Notes under the pieces: generated by a model
What the model saw: the letters and a program-made list of their open reading frames with translations, nothing else
The model's database searches: none
Told to the model about the DNA's origin: nothing
Part shown: positions 26,943 through 37,046 of the stretch, one piece after another
Position numbering within the stretch: position 1 is the first letter of the stretch
Layout: each line of letters starts with the position of its first letter
IMG/VR virus record: IMGVR_UViG_3300010885_011653
Coordinates: 1-64,000 of that record
DNA: 64,000 nucleotides
Strand: one strand, 5' to 3'
DNA from: a virus
Made by a program: the position numbers and the translations under genes

Positions 26943-27996
26943 ATCCTGGCTTCATCATGTCTATTTGCATTTGTTTGTATGCGGTATCAGTCCAACAATA
27001 TTTAAATTTATTGCCAACACCGTCTACTTCTATGCTGTATATATCTAAGTGCTCGCCTAGTATATCCCAAATTGTTTGTCCATCGGTTGTTCCAAAACTT
27101 GATCTCAACTCTACTTGTCCAATTGGCAAGTATCCAAGACTTAACTTGGGATCTTTATAATCCTTATTGTTGGCAGTAAGCCATTGACGGAACTGATCTT
27201 GTTCTATATTATGCCAAGGTTGCTTGCCACCATATACTACATCATTGCCCCACTCTACATCAAACTCGCCTGAGTAATACTTTAACTCGGTAATAGCTTC
27301 ACATACTGTGTCAGTTAACTCGGGTGCATGTTCGTCACGGAATACTTCAAATAAGGTTTTACCTATTTGTGTCCAGTGCATATACACTCCACCTAGTACA
27401 CGATCATATCCGTTAGTCGCAAATAATTCTCTATGTGAGTCTTTTAAGTCTAGTCTAGTACTGTTAATGAATGTAGTAATTTGACTAGGGCGTACCCAAA
27501 AAGGTGCTGTTGCTTGTTTACGTTGACTTAAGATTAAGTTTTCTACTTCGTGACACAGATTATTTAACTGACGAATGGCGTATTTGGTATCGTGGTCCGC
27601 ACGTCGATAATAATCACTTAATCCCCACACAGTACCTTGTAATCTTTCAAAGTGATTGTGCAGTATGTTCATAGTTGTATGATTGATACCATGCTCGGCA
27701 TAATCATAGCCCACTACATTATCAGGAGTGAATGTTTCTTCAATGCGATAGTCAGTAAAGAAACTGTTTACTTGTTTGACTGCTAGATTAATTTCATTGC
27801 ATAGGTAATCTAAGTTACGAGCTGTGTTAGGGAAGCCCATAAAGCAATAATTCTTTTCTAGTAAGCTACCGGACTGTAACAAACCCTTTAATGCTCGAAT
27901 CCAATCTCGTGACAACTCATGATCAAATGAATTGATCACATAGTCAACTTGGTCGTTGTAATTGAGAGGATTACGTAGTACAATTTTGATTGTCAT
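26920..27996 (-). CDS. hypothetical His/Glu-motif protein (paralog of 29397-30185)
   Basis: LHNHFERL, LNNLCHEVE, HWTQIGKTLFEVF, LGYLPIGQV. Confidence 0.75.
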   Translation of the reverse strand: MTIKIVLRNPLNYNDQVDYVINSFDHELSRDWIRALKGLLQSGSLLEKNYCFMGFPNTARNLDYLCNEINLAVKQVNSFFTDYRIEETFTPDNVVGYDYAEHGINHTTMNILHNHFERLQGTVWGLSDYYRRADHDTKYAIRQLNNLCHEVENLILSQRKQATAPFWVRPSQITTFINSTRLDLKDSHRELFATNGYDRVLGGVYMHWTQIGKTLFEVFRDEHAPELTDTVCEAITELKYYSGEFDVEWGNDVVYGGKQPWHNIEQDQFRQWLTANNKDYKDPKLSLGYLPIGQVELRSSFGTTDGQTIWDILGEHLDIYSIEVDGVGNKFKYCWTDTAYKQMQIDMMKPGYDYSSRG

Positions 27997-28133
27997 TAGA
28001 ATGCCGGTGGAGGGAAAAAATCGTCCTTATCGTTAAGAACTTCTGGATTCTTTTTTACATAGCAATACATACAAACAACATATACTATTCCTACAAATAC
28101 TATAAAAATTAAAGGGAAATATTCTTCCACCAT
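27996..28133 (-). CDS. 45-aa single-TM microprotein (not in ORF track)
   Basis: Manual translation MVEEYFPLIFIVFVGIVYVVCMYCYVKKNPEVLNDKDDFFPPPAF; TAATG overlap with the next gene. Confidence 0.6.
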   Translation of the reverse strand: MVEEYFPLIFIVFVGIVYVVCMYCYVKKNPEVLNDKDDFFPPPAF

Positions 28134-29404
28134 TTTAATACCTCTGGCCTTTCTGCCAATATATCTTCCATAGTATACACGTCTTTACGAATTTCTTCAA
28201 GACGTTGTATACGTTGTTTACCTTTGATTAGTCCAGATTTGTAAGTGTCTGGCCACTGTTCAGCAAAAGTGGGTCTGGTTTTCAGTTGAGCAAGTACGTC
28301 CCTTAGAGCTCCGGTTGTTTTCCCGGAAATATGTTCGTCTATCCAAGGATGTAATAATTCCCGGGGTAGTGCTAAAGGCGACATGACAATGTCAGGGCCG
28401 AAACTAAAAACTACTTTTGCTAATACGTCTACATCTAGTTGTCTTGAAAGCTGTTCGATACGTGTAACTTCGAACATTCCGGGCAAAGTGAGCGTAAAGT
28501 CAATTCTTGTTTGACGTCTGTGACGTCTGATTTTAACTCCTTGACTGAAGTTCTCAAGCCACGCATTAAAGTCAAGGCCCGTCCTAATATATTCTCCAAT
28601 TTTGCCTGTTCCGTCGAGTGACGCACAGATTTGCCAATCCCGTAACCCGCTGAGAATATCACTATAAAGATTAATACCTCTATAATTGACCCTACTAAGA
28701 TTTGTGTTGTACCGAGCGTAAACATTTGGCCCGTCTCCTAATTCTATTATGCGCTTCATGTACTTCCAATGTTGTTCGTACATTAGCGGTTCGCCTCCCA
28801 CCCAATACACCTCTTCTACACGGTGCTCTTCTACAGCAGTAGAAAACTCTTGCTCTACCTGGGTATCTTGAAACGTTTCTATTTGTTTTTTGACTTCAGG
28901 ACGCATCCAATTATTTTTTGGATTTGTATAGTCGACCATGTCATGTTGCTTCTGTTCAGTTTCCCAAGCACTCGACAACATGTCGCCGCACATACGGCAC
29001 TTAAAGTTACACAAGTTACTAAAACGATAATCCCAACTAACAGGTAACATTGTGGTATAGCCAGTGGGATCTGTGTTTTCCATGACTGTATTATACTTAT
29101 GTCCAAATAACTGATTAAAATAACTGCGGTAAACATCTGTGTTTAATAGCTTGTCGTTACATACTTCACACTCTGGGAGGGTTTCCCCGCGCATCATACG
29201 CAGGCGCACGGATCTCATGTGCTCACCATTCCAATGCTCATCCAGGGTGATGGGTATGTATCGGCCAGTTCCAGATTTGGTATCTATATACTGCTCAAAG
29301 TTTTGTGCAGGTTCACGAGATGCACAGCACATACGTCGCTCTGTTTGCGGACTTAGATAGGTGTGAGTCCACGGTGCCATGCATAGTGTTGCTGGATTAG
29401 TCAT
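28109..29404 (-). CDS. radical SAM protein with N-terminal Twitch-type domain (5 of 6)
   Basis: CMAPWTH...MCC...ECEVC; CNFKCRMC; GGEPL; YNTN; ASLDG. Confidence 0.88.
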   Translation of the reverse strand: MTNPATLCMAPWTHTYLSPQTERRMCCASREPAQNFEQYIDTKSGTGRYIPITLDEHWNGEHMRSVRLRMMRGETLPECEVCNDKLLNTDVYRSYFNQLFGHKYNTVMENTDPTGYTTMLPVSWDYRFSNLCNFKCRMCGDMLSSAWETEQKQHDMVDYTNPKNNWMRPEVKKQIETFQDTQVEQEFSTAVEEHRVEEVYWVGGEPLMYEQHWKYMKRIIELGDGPNVYARYNTNLSRVNYRGINLYSDILSGLRDWQICASLDGTGKIGEYIRTGLDFNAWLENFSQGVKIRRHRRQTRIDFTLTLPGMFEVTRIEQLSRQLDVDVLAKVVFSFGPDIVMSPLALPRELLHPWIDEHISGKTTGALRDVLAQLKTRPTFAEQWPDTYKSGLIKGKQRIQRLEEIRKDVYTMEDILAERPEVLKWWKNISL

Positions 29405-30185
29405 TGAATGATAAACTCTCAAATTCTAATATGCCACTGTTGACTACTGCATGTAAGTCGTTTAAGTTGGTTACACGCCCAACTACAGGGTATCCTGTGT
29501 AATGTATAATCTTTTCTACTCCGTGTTCTTCTAAGAAGTCAGGACCGTGCGCCCAAAAGAATTTAATCAATGCTTCAAAGTCTTTAAATTCTGGATAGTC
29601 TGTTTGTGCTATGTTAATACCTGCTTTGATAAAGTTGTGGAACTTACAAGTTTGGCTAATGTTGATACCATCTTGTTCCTGAAATAACTGTAGAGGACCG
29701 TGTCCTACATAAGGGTTAATTAATTTAACATCACCAAAGTCAAAACTACGTTTAAACTTAAAATCTGTGTCTAAGGGAAAGCCCACTGGTAAATGATATT
29801 CTAATTGTAACCAGCTTGTTCTATCACCTGTGCCAAACTGTGTTAGGTGTAAGCAATAGTGTAACTCGTGTATGAGTTCATCTTGTTGTTCAGTAATCTG
29901 ACTAAAGCCCGTTGCTAGTAGTGTTTCTAAATTCTTATGTAAGCTAGGAGCAATGCCTATGTTAATGTCTTCGTGTTCATCCCAAGTCCAGCCAAATTCT
30001 CGTTTAGCCTGTTGACTTAATTCTCTCATGTACTCGGGTGTATACTTTAATACGTCTCTGTATATAGTTGGGTGTCTACTATATGTGGCTTTGATTAGTT
30101 TAGCAAACTTATTCCCAACGGCGGTATCATCAATGGCTAAATTGAGTTCGGGACGATCTTTAAATTTAACTTGTATATTAGGCAT
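29397..30185 (-). CDS. hypothetical His/Glu-motif protein (paralog of 26920-27996)
   Basis: LHKNLE, IHELHYCLH, NPYVGHGPLQLF, GYPVVGRV. Confidence 0.7.
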   Translation of the reverse strand: MPNIQVKFKDRPELNLAIDDTAVGNKFAKLIKATYSRHPTIYRDVLKYTPEYMRELSQQAKREFGWTWDEHEDINIGIAPSLHKNLETLLATGFSQITEQQDELIHELHYCLHLTQFGTGDRTSWLQLEYHLPVGFPLDTDFKFKRSFDFGDVKLINPYVGHGPLQLFQEQDGINISQTCKFHNFIKAGINIAQTDYPEFKDFEALIKFFWAHGPDFLEEHGVEKIIHYTGYPVVGRVTNLNDLHAVVNSGILEFESLSFND

Positions 30186-31389
30186 AACCCATTGCTCTGG
30201 CTATTTCAGGATGCGTATCTGTAAAACATTGTTTACGATATTCATCTGTTTGTTTCATCTTAAATAAGAATTCACTTCCGTCACTGCCAGGACCTGCTTC
30301 GATAAAATTAATCACGCTGTTAATTTCTTCTTGGTACGACTTGCTGGTCCAGAATGTTGTTTTTAATTTATTAAGAACTAGTTCTTTTGCCCGAGGAGTC
30401 ATATACTGTATGCTCATATGATCGGGGCTGTGCATCATGTTAAAGTAAATGCTACCAAAGGGTTTAGTATTTGCCCATGCCAGTAATTCATCCAAGTAGT
30501 ATACGTTCTGTATGTTGATAGTGAAGCATAACTGTGTGGTAATGTTAGGGACACTCATTTTTTTCATTATGTGAATTTCATCAATGATGATGTTTGATTC
30601 TTGCCAGTTAGCCCCATAACGCTCGTATTCAAATCTATTACCCACATTGTCTACACTAAATGCAATGTCCACACGACCAAAATTCTTCCATAGTCCCCAG
30701 TGTCCACCAGGATACTGTGTAGCATTGGTATTGTAGTGTATATCAATATGTTGACTATCACCAGTTTCAACTGCGTATTCTAATAGATCAAAGTGTTCTT
30801 TGATCATCCAGGGTTCGCCGCCAGTAAACTCAAAGTACTTGATGTTCGGCAACAACTCACGCATGTTATCCCAGAACGTTTCAGTCTTACGCGGCCAAGC
30901 GCCTTGCTTTAACCATTGGTATGCTATGTGTTGTTTCTTATCAACACCGGGCATATACTTTAGTTCTTCTTCTGCCCACTTACTACTGGACCAAGAGCCG
31001 CATATACGACATTTAAGGTTACAAATGTTACCCAGCTTTAAATCAACAAACCAAAGTTGATCGGGATTGTCATTGGTCCAATCTACTTCTTTGTACAGTT
31101 CTTTAAGTCGTACTTGTGTATGCATACGCTTGCTAGTACGGCCCGCGGCTTCTTCTTCCCAACAACGGTTACATGTTGCAGGTTTTTCACCTGCGCGAAA
31201 CTGTTGCCGTAAATTTTGCATATAAGTACTACGATATGCTGTTTCAATATTGGTTTTAGTTAAGTCGTACTTGTTGCCGGCTTCGTCTGTAATTTCTTCA
31301 TGTGCCATACAGCAAGGACGTACTGTGCCCATTGGGCTAGTTTCTACGCTAATCCAAGGTAACATACAAATTGAACTGGGTAATGTCAT
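30178..31389 (-). CDS. radical SAM protein with N-terminal Twitch-type domain (4 of 6)
   Basis: CMLPW...RPCC...TCNRCW.EE; CNLKCRIC; GGEPW; YNTN. Confidence 0.88.
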   Translation of the reverse strand: MTLPSSICMLPWISVETSPMGTVRPCCMAHEEITDEAGNKYDLTKTNIETAYRSTYMQNLRQQFRAGEKPATCNRCWEEEAAGRTSKRMHTQVRLKELYKEVDWTNDNPDQLWFVDLKLGNICNLKCRICGSWSSSKWAEEELKYMPGVDKKQHIAYQWLKQGAWPRKTETFWDNMRELLPNIKYFEFTGGEPWMIKEHFDLLEYAVETGDSQHIDIHYNTNATQYPGGHWGLWKNFGRVDIAFSVDNVGNRFEYERYGANWQESNIIIDEIHIMKKMSVPNITTQLCFTINIQNVYYLDELLAWANTKPFGSIYFNMMHSPDHMSIQYMTPRAKELVLNKLKTTFWTSKSYQEEINSVINFIEAGPGSDGSEFLFKMKQTDEYRKQCFTDTHPEIARAMGYA

Positions 31390-32726
31390 CGTTTAATTGT
31401 TGCTAATTCTGGAAATACTGTAAAGAAATCTTCCCCGCGCAAATTATCTAACTTGGCCGTTTCGTTTAAGAACGCCCCCATAAATCCACCATTGCGTTTG
31501 GCGTTTATCATGTTGAGCGCACTTTGAAATCCGTTGCTGGCTCTACGTAAATCATCTTTAGGCACTAACCATTTTAAATGACTTTTATATGCTGGAGTAA
31601 TAACATCATCTTTAAACTCTTGTGGAAATATATCAACACGATACCATTCGGGACTTTGACAAATGTTTACGTTAAAATCTTTGGGCTGTATCAATCCTAA
31701 CTCAACCCATTCTTTGTGAAAGTCCAAAACGTGTAACACATTCATAGCACTGATGGTTGCCGCAACATAAAAGTCTACATGCGGAACTTCTTCCATCATG
31801 CGTCTACGGTTATCCACAGTTTGTGCCCAATCTGTTCCTTTTCGCATTAGCTCCGCTCTAGCTCCGCTTGCATCTAAGCTGGCTCCAACGCTAACATTGG
31901 TAAAATGTTTCCAATATTCGAATACGTGTTTATCTTTATATGCCAATTCGCTAAAGTTTGTATTGTACTGTATACGTATATCTGTTTTACCTGCTTCAAT
32001 TAACTTCTCTAGCAAGTAATAATGTTCCTTCATAATCAGCGGTTCGCCACCGGCAAAGTACACCTGCTCTAAGTGAGGAATATGTGGCTCCATTTGTTGA
32101 AGCATGTCTTCTTCATCACCGGTAGTGTACTCTATACGTGCCATTGGACGATTTAGCACGTCTGGGTCCTTACCGTATAACTTTTTATGATCGTTAAACC
32201 AATTACTACTAAAGATAGGACCGCAACTACGACAACGGAAATTACATAAATTACTAAAGCGAACGTCCCAGTAGCGTATTTCAAATTTGGGGTTAGTACC
32301 ATCAGATAATGTGTCATCTACTTCGGCAATGTGCTGTCCGTAACTACGATTGGCATCATTACGCATACTAAAGAAACCATTTTGCTCTTGCTCGTAGCAC
32401 TTGGTACATTCTTTACATGGCTTGTCTTCCATCATATTAGTACGCATTAGTTTATATGGATCTTGATTCCATACTTCTTCCATTGTGTTCTTGCGTAGGT
32501 CTCCTACTGGATGCCAATACTCACTTAGACAACAAGGATAAGCACGACCGTCCGGGAAGGCATGCATGTGTACCCAAGGCATCATGCAGAATGTTTCGCT
32601 TTCAGTTAATCGATTCCATTGTTCGTCTGTGCATTGATCGCGTTCAATGAAAAAAGGATCCTTTACATTGTAACTGTATCCTCTTTTATAAAATCGTTTA
32701 ATCTTATCTTCTTCTTGATCGCTCAT
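31386..32726 (-). CDS. radical SAM protein with N-terminal Twitch-type domain (3 of 6)
   Basis: CMMPWVH...YPCC...ECTKCYEQE; CNFRCRSC; GGEPL; YNTN. Confidence 0.88.
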   Translation of the reverse strand: MSDQEEDKIKRFYKRGYSYNVKDPFFIERDQCTDEQWNRLTESETFCMMPWVHMHAFPDGRAYPCCLSEYWHPVGDLRKNTMEEVWNQDPYKLMRTNMMEDKPCKECTKCYEQEQNGFFSMRNDANRSYGQHIAEVDDTLSDGTNPKFEIRYWDVRFSNLCNFRCRSCGPIFSSNWFNDHKKLYGKDPDVLNRPMARIEYTTGDEEDMLQQMEPHIPHLEQVYFAGGEPLIMKEHYYLLEKLIEAGKTDIRIQYNTNFSELAYKDKHVFEYWKHFTNVSVGASLDASGARAELMRKGTDWAQTVDNRRRMMEEVPHVDFYVAATISAMNVLHVLDFHKEWVELGLIQPKDFNVNICQSPEWYRVDIFPQEFKDDVITPAYKSHLKWLVPKDDLRRASNGFQSALNMINAKRNGGFMGAFLNETAKLDNLRGEDFFTVFPELATIKR

Positions 32727-34072
32727 ATTGAATTGTACCAATCTGCCAGTGCAGGAAATGTTTGTGTAAAGTTTTTACCACGACGCTGATCGTATTGTGT
32801 GTAAAACTGTTTGAAGTCTTGTTGTAGTACTGATTGTTCTGCGGCGCCCATATGAGGAGTTTTAACTACATCTAAGTAATCGATTAGTCTTTGTAGTTGA
32901 TTGCGTTCCATCTGGTGTAAGAATTCATCATTTCTATTAGCATCTAGCCAGGCTTGTAATCTAAAACGATATTGTGTACGTAACTCATCTGATAGTACTA
33001 AGGGACTTTGAAAACTTGGAAAGCGTAAAATATTTAGCGTAAACGTGGGGTAGTCTTTACCGTATTCGCGTTTCCAATTCAGTATACATTCTAAGAATTG
33101 ATCCAGTGTGTCTAAACATAATGCGTTAATAGTACACATCATGTGGAAACCTTCTATCCTGCCATTGGTTAGGACTTTTTCTACATTGTTAGCCCAGTCA
33201 TCCCATACTAACCCATCACGTATGTATTCTGCTTGCGTACCCATTGCTTCGTTACTAGTGTACAAATGAAAGTGCTTGATGTTTTGACTAGCATCAATCA
33301 TACGATCAATTAGCTCGTCTTTGGCACCCAGGTTACTGTTAAGAGCAAAGCGCATGTCAGTGTCATTATTCTTAAACCAATCTAACAGTTTAAATGTTTC
33401 TCCGGACATTAATGGCTCGCCGCCAGTTAGTCGTAATTCCAAGAGTGTTTTATGTAAGTCTGATTCCCACCATTTAAAGAACGCTTCAACATAAGGATTA
33501 CTTTGACCAAACTTATAAAGCTGACTACTACCATGGTTATGAGTAAAATGATTCCTACCGTCTGAAGTGAGATTTGTGTAAGGCCCGTGAACATCGATAT
33601 CTTTAACCCAAGTACTACTGAAAGCAGGGTTACAGTAGCTACACCCAAAATTACATGTACGATCAAAAGCAATCTCAAGCGTTCGTAAATCCACGTCAGC
33701 TGATGGGTTAAGTCTATAGGCATCATCGAGTTCCTCATCTTTGTATATAACAGTTTTGTAAACACGATCGCTGATGTTGTCCCGACCAATGTCTTCTATT
33801 TTCCAACAGTACTCACACCCAGATGGTCTTTTGCCCTGTTGCATCTGAGCACGTTCCTCTTTTTTCTTGGGTGTGTTGTGCAATGCTTTGGGGTTTGCTT
33901 CTACTTCTTCCACACTTACTTTATGCGGTAATGGGTGATGACAACTTGTAGTCATTCCAGATCCCAACCATATAGTAGCGTTGTACCATTTTGCTCCACA
34001 GAATGACTCTGACTTGATGTCAATCACACGGTGCTTGTATTCTAAATCAGTTTCGTTATTAATTCTTGGCAT
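32723..34072 (-). CDS. radical SAM protein with N-terminal Twitch-type domain (2 of 6)
   Basis: CGAKW...TSCHHP...GCEYCWKIE; CNFGCSYC; GGEPL. Confidence 0.88.
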   Translation of the reverse strand: MPRINNETDLEYKHRVIDIKSESFCGAKWYNATIWLGSGMTTSCHHPLPHKVSVEEVEANPKALHNTPKKKEERAQMQQGKRPSGCEYCWKIEDIGRDNISDRVYKTVIYKDEELDDAYRLNPSADVDLRTLEIAFDRTCNFGCSYCNPAFSSTWVKDIDVHGPYTNLTSDGRNHFTHNHGSSQLYKFGQSNPYVEAFFKWWESDLHKTLLELRLTGGEPLMSGETFKLLDWFKNNDTDMRFALNSNLGAKDELIDRMIDASQNIKHFHLYTSNEAMGTQAEYIRDGLVWDDWANNVEKVLTNGRIEGFHMMCTINALCLDTLDQFLECILNWKREYGKDYPTFTLNILRFPSFQSPLVLSDELRTQYRFRLQAWLDANRNDEFLHQMERNQLQRLIDYLDVVKTPHMGAAEQSVLQQDFKQFYTQYDQRRGKNFTQTFPALADWYNSI

Positions 34073-35441
34073 AGTATTCGCATTCTTTCCAGAACTCTTT
34101 CATTTCTGGAAATGTTTTTAAAAAGTCGGTATCTCTGCGTTGATCGTGTTCGTGAAAGAAACGATAAAAATCAGCACGTTGTAGTTTAACATAATCAGGG
34201 TCTAAATTGCGACCTTCTTTCATCCAGTCTATATCCCTACGCATACGCTGTATTTCGTAATCTTTAAAACCTTGAAATGGACGTTCTTCAGTTTCTAAAT
34301 GTAATTCCATCCAGTCTGCTACACGTTCTAGTACACCAATGTAGACTTCGGGCAGTATCTGTAAACTTTGCCAGGCTGGTTGTCTTAGTAAAGGAGTATC
34401 AAACCAAACACGTTGATATGTGCTACTGTACATTTTTCGTAAATCTAAAATCCATTCTAATTGTTGTTGTATGCCTAACACACTTAGATTATTCATTGTA
34501 ATGATAAACGTAAGACTATTGCGATAGGGAATCTCATCTAAGAATCTATGCACTCGATCCCATACACGTCTGAAGTTTAATCCGTTGCGAATATACTCAG
34601 CATGTCTGGGATTTCCAGAATCTAAACTTACGTATTGCATAAAGTGTTCTATCTGTGTGCCGCATAATTCTTTAACATAACCCAGGTATTTTTCAAACAA
34701 AGGTTCTTCAACACTAAAGTTACTTGTTACATTTAAGTGTAGTTCGGGATTAGGCAATGCTAACACATAGTCAAATACTTTATAAGTATTCTTATCCATT
34801 AGCGGCTCGCCACCGGTCATGCGAAAATGTTTTAAGTGGGGATATAGTGTGGGCCACCATTCCCAGAATGCATCAACATATGGATTATCTTCTCTAGTAG
34901 GAATTGGTCTATTACGGCCAGTAAAATGGCTAGGATCATTGTGAACAGTACTAGTAGGATAGCCACCCCAACGGTCAACCTCTTGTTGCCAGCTCGAGCT
35001 GAACTGTGGACTACAATAACTACATTTGAGATTACAAGCGTGATTAAAATTAACTTCAACATAACTAGGTACAACATCTTCATCTCCGGTACTATTCTGA
35101 ATAGTATCAAAATCACTTGCAGCCCAGGGCTCACCTGAACGATAGTGTCTGTCGCTTAACTGTCCGTGTGCTTCTATATTCCAACAATAACTACATTCTG
35201 CGGGCTTTTCATTCTTAAGCATTATAACCCGTTGTTGTTTTTTATATGCTGTATTATGTAGTGCGCCCGGATTGTCTTTAAGTGCATCTGCATCAATTGC
35301 GTGAAGTGGCGGGTGGTAGCAGGAGTTGTTTAGTCCTGTGGGCAAGTGTAAACTAACTTGTTTCCATTTAGCCAAACAAAGTGCAGGACCTAAGTTCGCC
35401 TTCATCCATTCAGCTGATGCCATAAAATCGCTTTTAGACAT
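34059..35441 (-). CDS. radical SAM protein with N-terminal Twitch-type domain (1 of 6)
   Basis: CLAKW...NSCYHP...ECSYCWNIE; CNLKCSYC; GGEPL. Confidence 0.88.
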   Translation of the reverse strand: MSKSDFMASAEWMKANLGPALCLAKWKQVSLHLPTGLNNSCYHPPLHAIDADALKDNPGALHNTAYKKQQRVIMLKNEKPAECSYCWNIEAHGQLSDRHYRSGEPWAASDFDTIQNSTGDEDVVPSYVEVNFNHACNLKCSYCSPQFSSSWQQEVDRWGGYPTSTVHNDPSHFTGRNRPIPTREDNPYVDAFWEWWPTLYPHLKHFRMTGGEPLMDKNTYKVFDYVLALPNPELHLNVTSNFSVEEPLFEKYLGYVKELCGTQIEHFMQYVSLDSGNPRHAEYIRNGLNFRRVWDRVHRFLDEIPYRNSLTFIITMNNLSVLGIQQQLEWILDLRKMYSSTYQRVWFDTPLLRQPAWQSLQILPEVYIGVLERVADWMELHLETEERPFQGFKDYEIQRMRRDIDWMKEGRNLDPDYVKLQRADFYRFFHEHDQRRDTDFLKTFPEMKEFWKECEYYAKN

Positions 35442-36156
35442 AGCCTCTACTTTTTAATTCAGTGTATAAAAATTCTGCATACACAGTATAAGCCCACTCG
35501 TTTGGGTAATTAACGTTATCTGGGTCAGTCCATCCACGTTCTGTGGCCAAATCTATTAGATGTTGTTCTGTGTAGAATTGTGACCAATCGATTAATTGAT
35601 ATAAATTTTTATATCTATCGAATTTTTTTAATGTACCAGGGGTCATGAAAAGATAGGGAATTTTCATTTCTTTAAGAACACCTTGTAAACTAACAACTCT
35701 AATTAGACTCTGTTGTACCAGCTCTGCATACTTTACTACACTAAAATAATCCACAAACAACCGGCTAATAGTATCCAGCTCTTCTTTTGATTTTTTCTTT
35801 TTTCCAAAACTTTCTACCAGGTATCCTTGGCTACTGATCCAGTTTTCTGGAACATGATTATCTTGCGGCATTCCTTCGTGTATTCCTTTAAGATGATTGG
35901 AAGTCCAATAATTATTATCAAATTGGTCAATGCTACCAACTTGCCAGTCTGCACGTACCATTGTTTCCGGCCACATAACTAATACTAAATCAAATTTCTC
36001 TTTAGATAATTTTTCAACTGTACTTTCGTGTACGTAAGTGTATCCGGTGCCCGGACACGAAATATTGATTATTTCGCATTCCATTTTATTTTTAAGCTGG
36101 TTAGGCCAGGCGATAGGTTTAGCACTTATTGATGCGCCGTTAACTAGTATTTTCAT
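35434..36156 (-). CDS. degenerate SGNH-like protein
   Basis: ILVNGASIS...WPNQL...INIS.PG.G, DLVLVMW; C-terminal YPN where paralogs have HP. Confidence 0.55.
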   Translation of the reverse strand: MKILVNGASISAKPIAWPNQLKNKMECEIINISCPGTGYTYVHESTVEKLSKEKFDLVLVMWPETMVRADWQVGSIDQFDNNYWTSNHLKGIHEGMPQDNHVPENWISSQGYLVESFGKKKKSKEELDTISRLFVDYFSVVKYAELVQQSLIRVVSLQGVLKEMKIPYLFMTPGTLKKFDRYKNLYQLIDWSQFYTEQHLIDLATERGWTDPDNVNYPNEWAYTVYAEFLYTELKSRGYV

Positions 36157-37046
36157 TCGCGTGTCATTGGTCCTTGATTTTTAAAATTGCTCTTATAGTG
36201 GTGTTTGAAAAACTTACTTTCTGCAGGTTTTATGTCCACAATAGGCAATCCCAATCGTATACGTAGTATGTCGCCTACATTGATACTTTGGTCTGTACCA
36301 TCTTGTTTGAATGATTCCCACAATCGAGCCAGCACATCAAAATCTTGTACATCTTGATAATTCCACCCTTCCAGCATGATCATAAACGTTCCAAGGCGTG
36401 CGCCGTATATGGCCCACATGCCATTGTCAACATCTGCGCCTACACTTTGCCAAATACACAAGTGATCATAGTTGCGATTGTTCACACGGGTTTCAAATTC
36501 TTCTAGTGAGGGCTTATGTCCTCGATCCAAACACATCTTTACGCCTTCACGAAACCCGGCGCGCCATGCTTGAAAAGGGCTGGCGTTAGGATAAGTTGTA
36601 CTGTAGCAATCATTCATAGCCCAGTAATTGGGATAAAAACAAAACTCTACATCATTGGCTTCACTGCCGTCACTATTCTCGTGAGTACGCATATTTCGTA
36701 TAAATTCTTTTGTCCAACAACTCATACCACCATTGCCGTACATCAATCCATTGATAATATTACGGCTGCGCCAACGAAACACACAATCGCTATTACTGCT
36801 ATCCAGAGTAAGTTGTAAATTAAAAAATTCGGGATCAGGTATGTTATCACCGTCAATAAGAATAAACCGCTCAGTATCACTTGCATCAGCCGCAGCCTTA
36901 TGTGCCGCATCTGATCCCTTGACCCCGTCCACTCGCTTTGCCCAAGGCACCATGTTTTGAATTTTAATCCAAAATTCTTCTTTTTTAGGTTCATCATATG
37001 TTAAGTAAATGCAGTCTAAGTCTGCTACATCAATTATATCTGTCAT
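36153..37046 (-). CDS. GT-A fold glycosyltransferase-like protein
   Basis: DCIYLTYDEP, GVKGSDAAHKAAA, FILIDGDN (DxD), NGLMYGNGG, AWRAGFREGVKM. Confidence 0.65.
   Translation of the reverse strand: MTDIIDVADLDCIYLTYDEPKKEEFWIKIQNMVPWAKRVDGVKGSDAAHKAAADASDTERFILIDGDNIPDPEFFNLQLTLDSSNSDCVFRWRSRNIINGLMYGNGGMSCWTKEFIRNMRTHENSDGSEANDVEFCFYPNYWAMNDCYSTTYPNASPFQAWRAGFREGVKMCLDRGHKPSLEEFETRVNNRNYDHLCIWQSVGADVDNGMWAIYGARLGTFMIMLEGWNYQDVQDFDVLARLWESFKQDGTDQSINVGDILRIRLGLPIVDIKPAESKFFKHHYKSNFKNQGPMTRE

Noticed and set aside
22923-35441. Radical SAM array as a RiPP maturation cluster
   Set aside because: Not excluded but down-weighted: no recognisable RRE/PqqD domain, peptidase, transporter or leader/core precursor, while the neighbours are sugar-active families.
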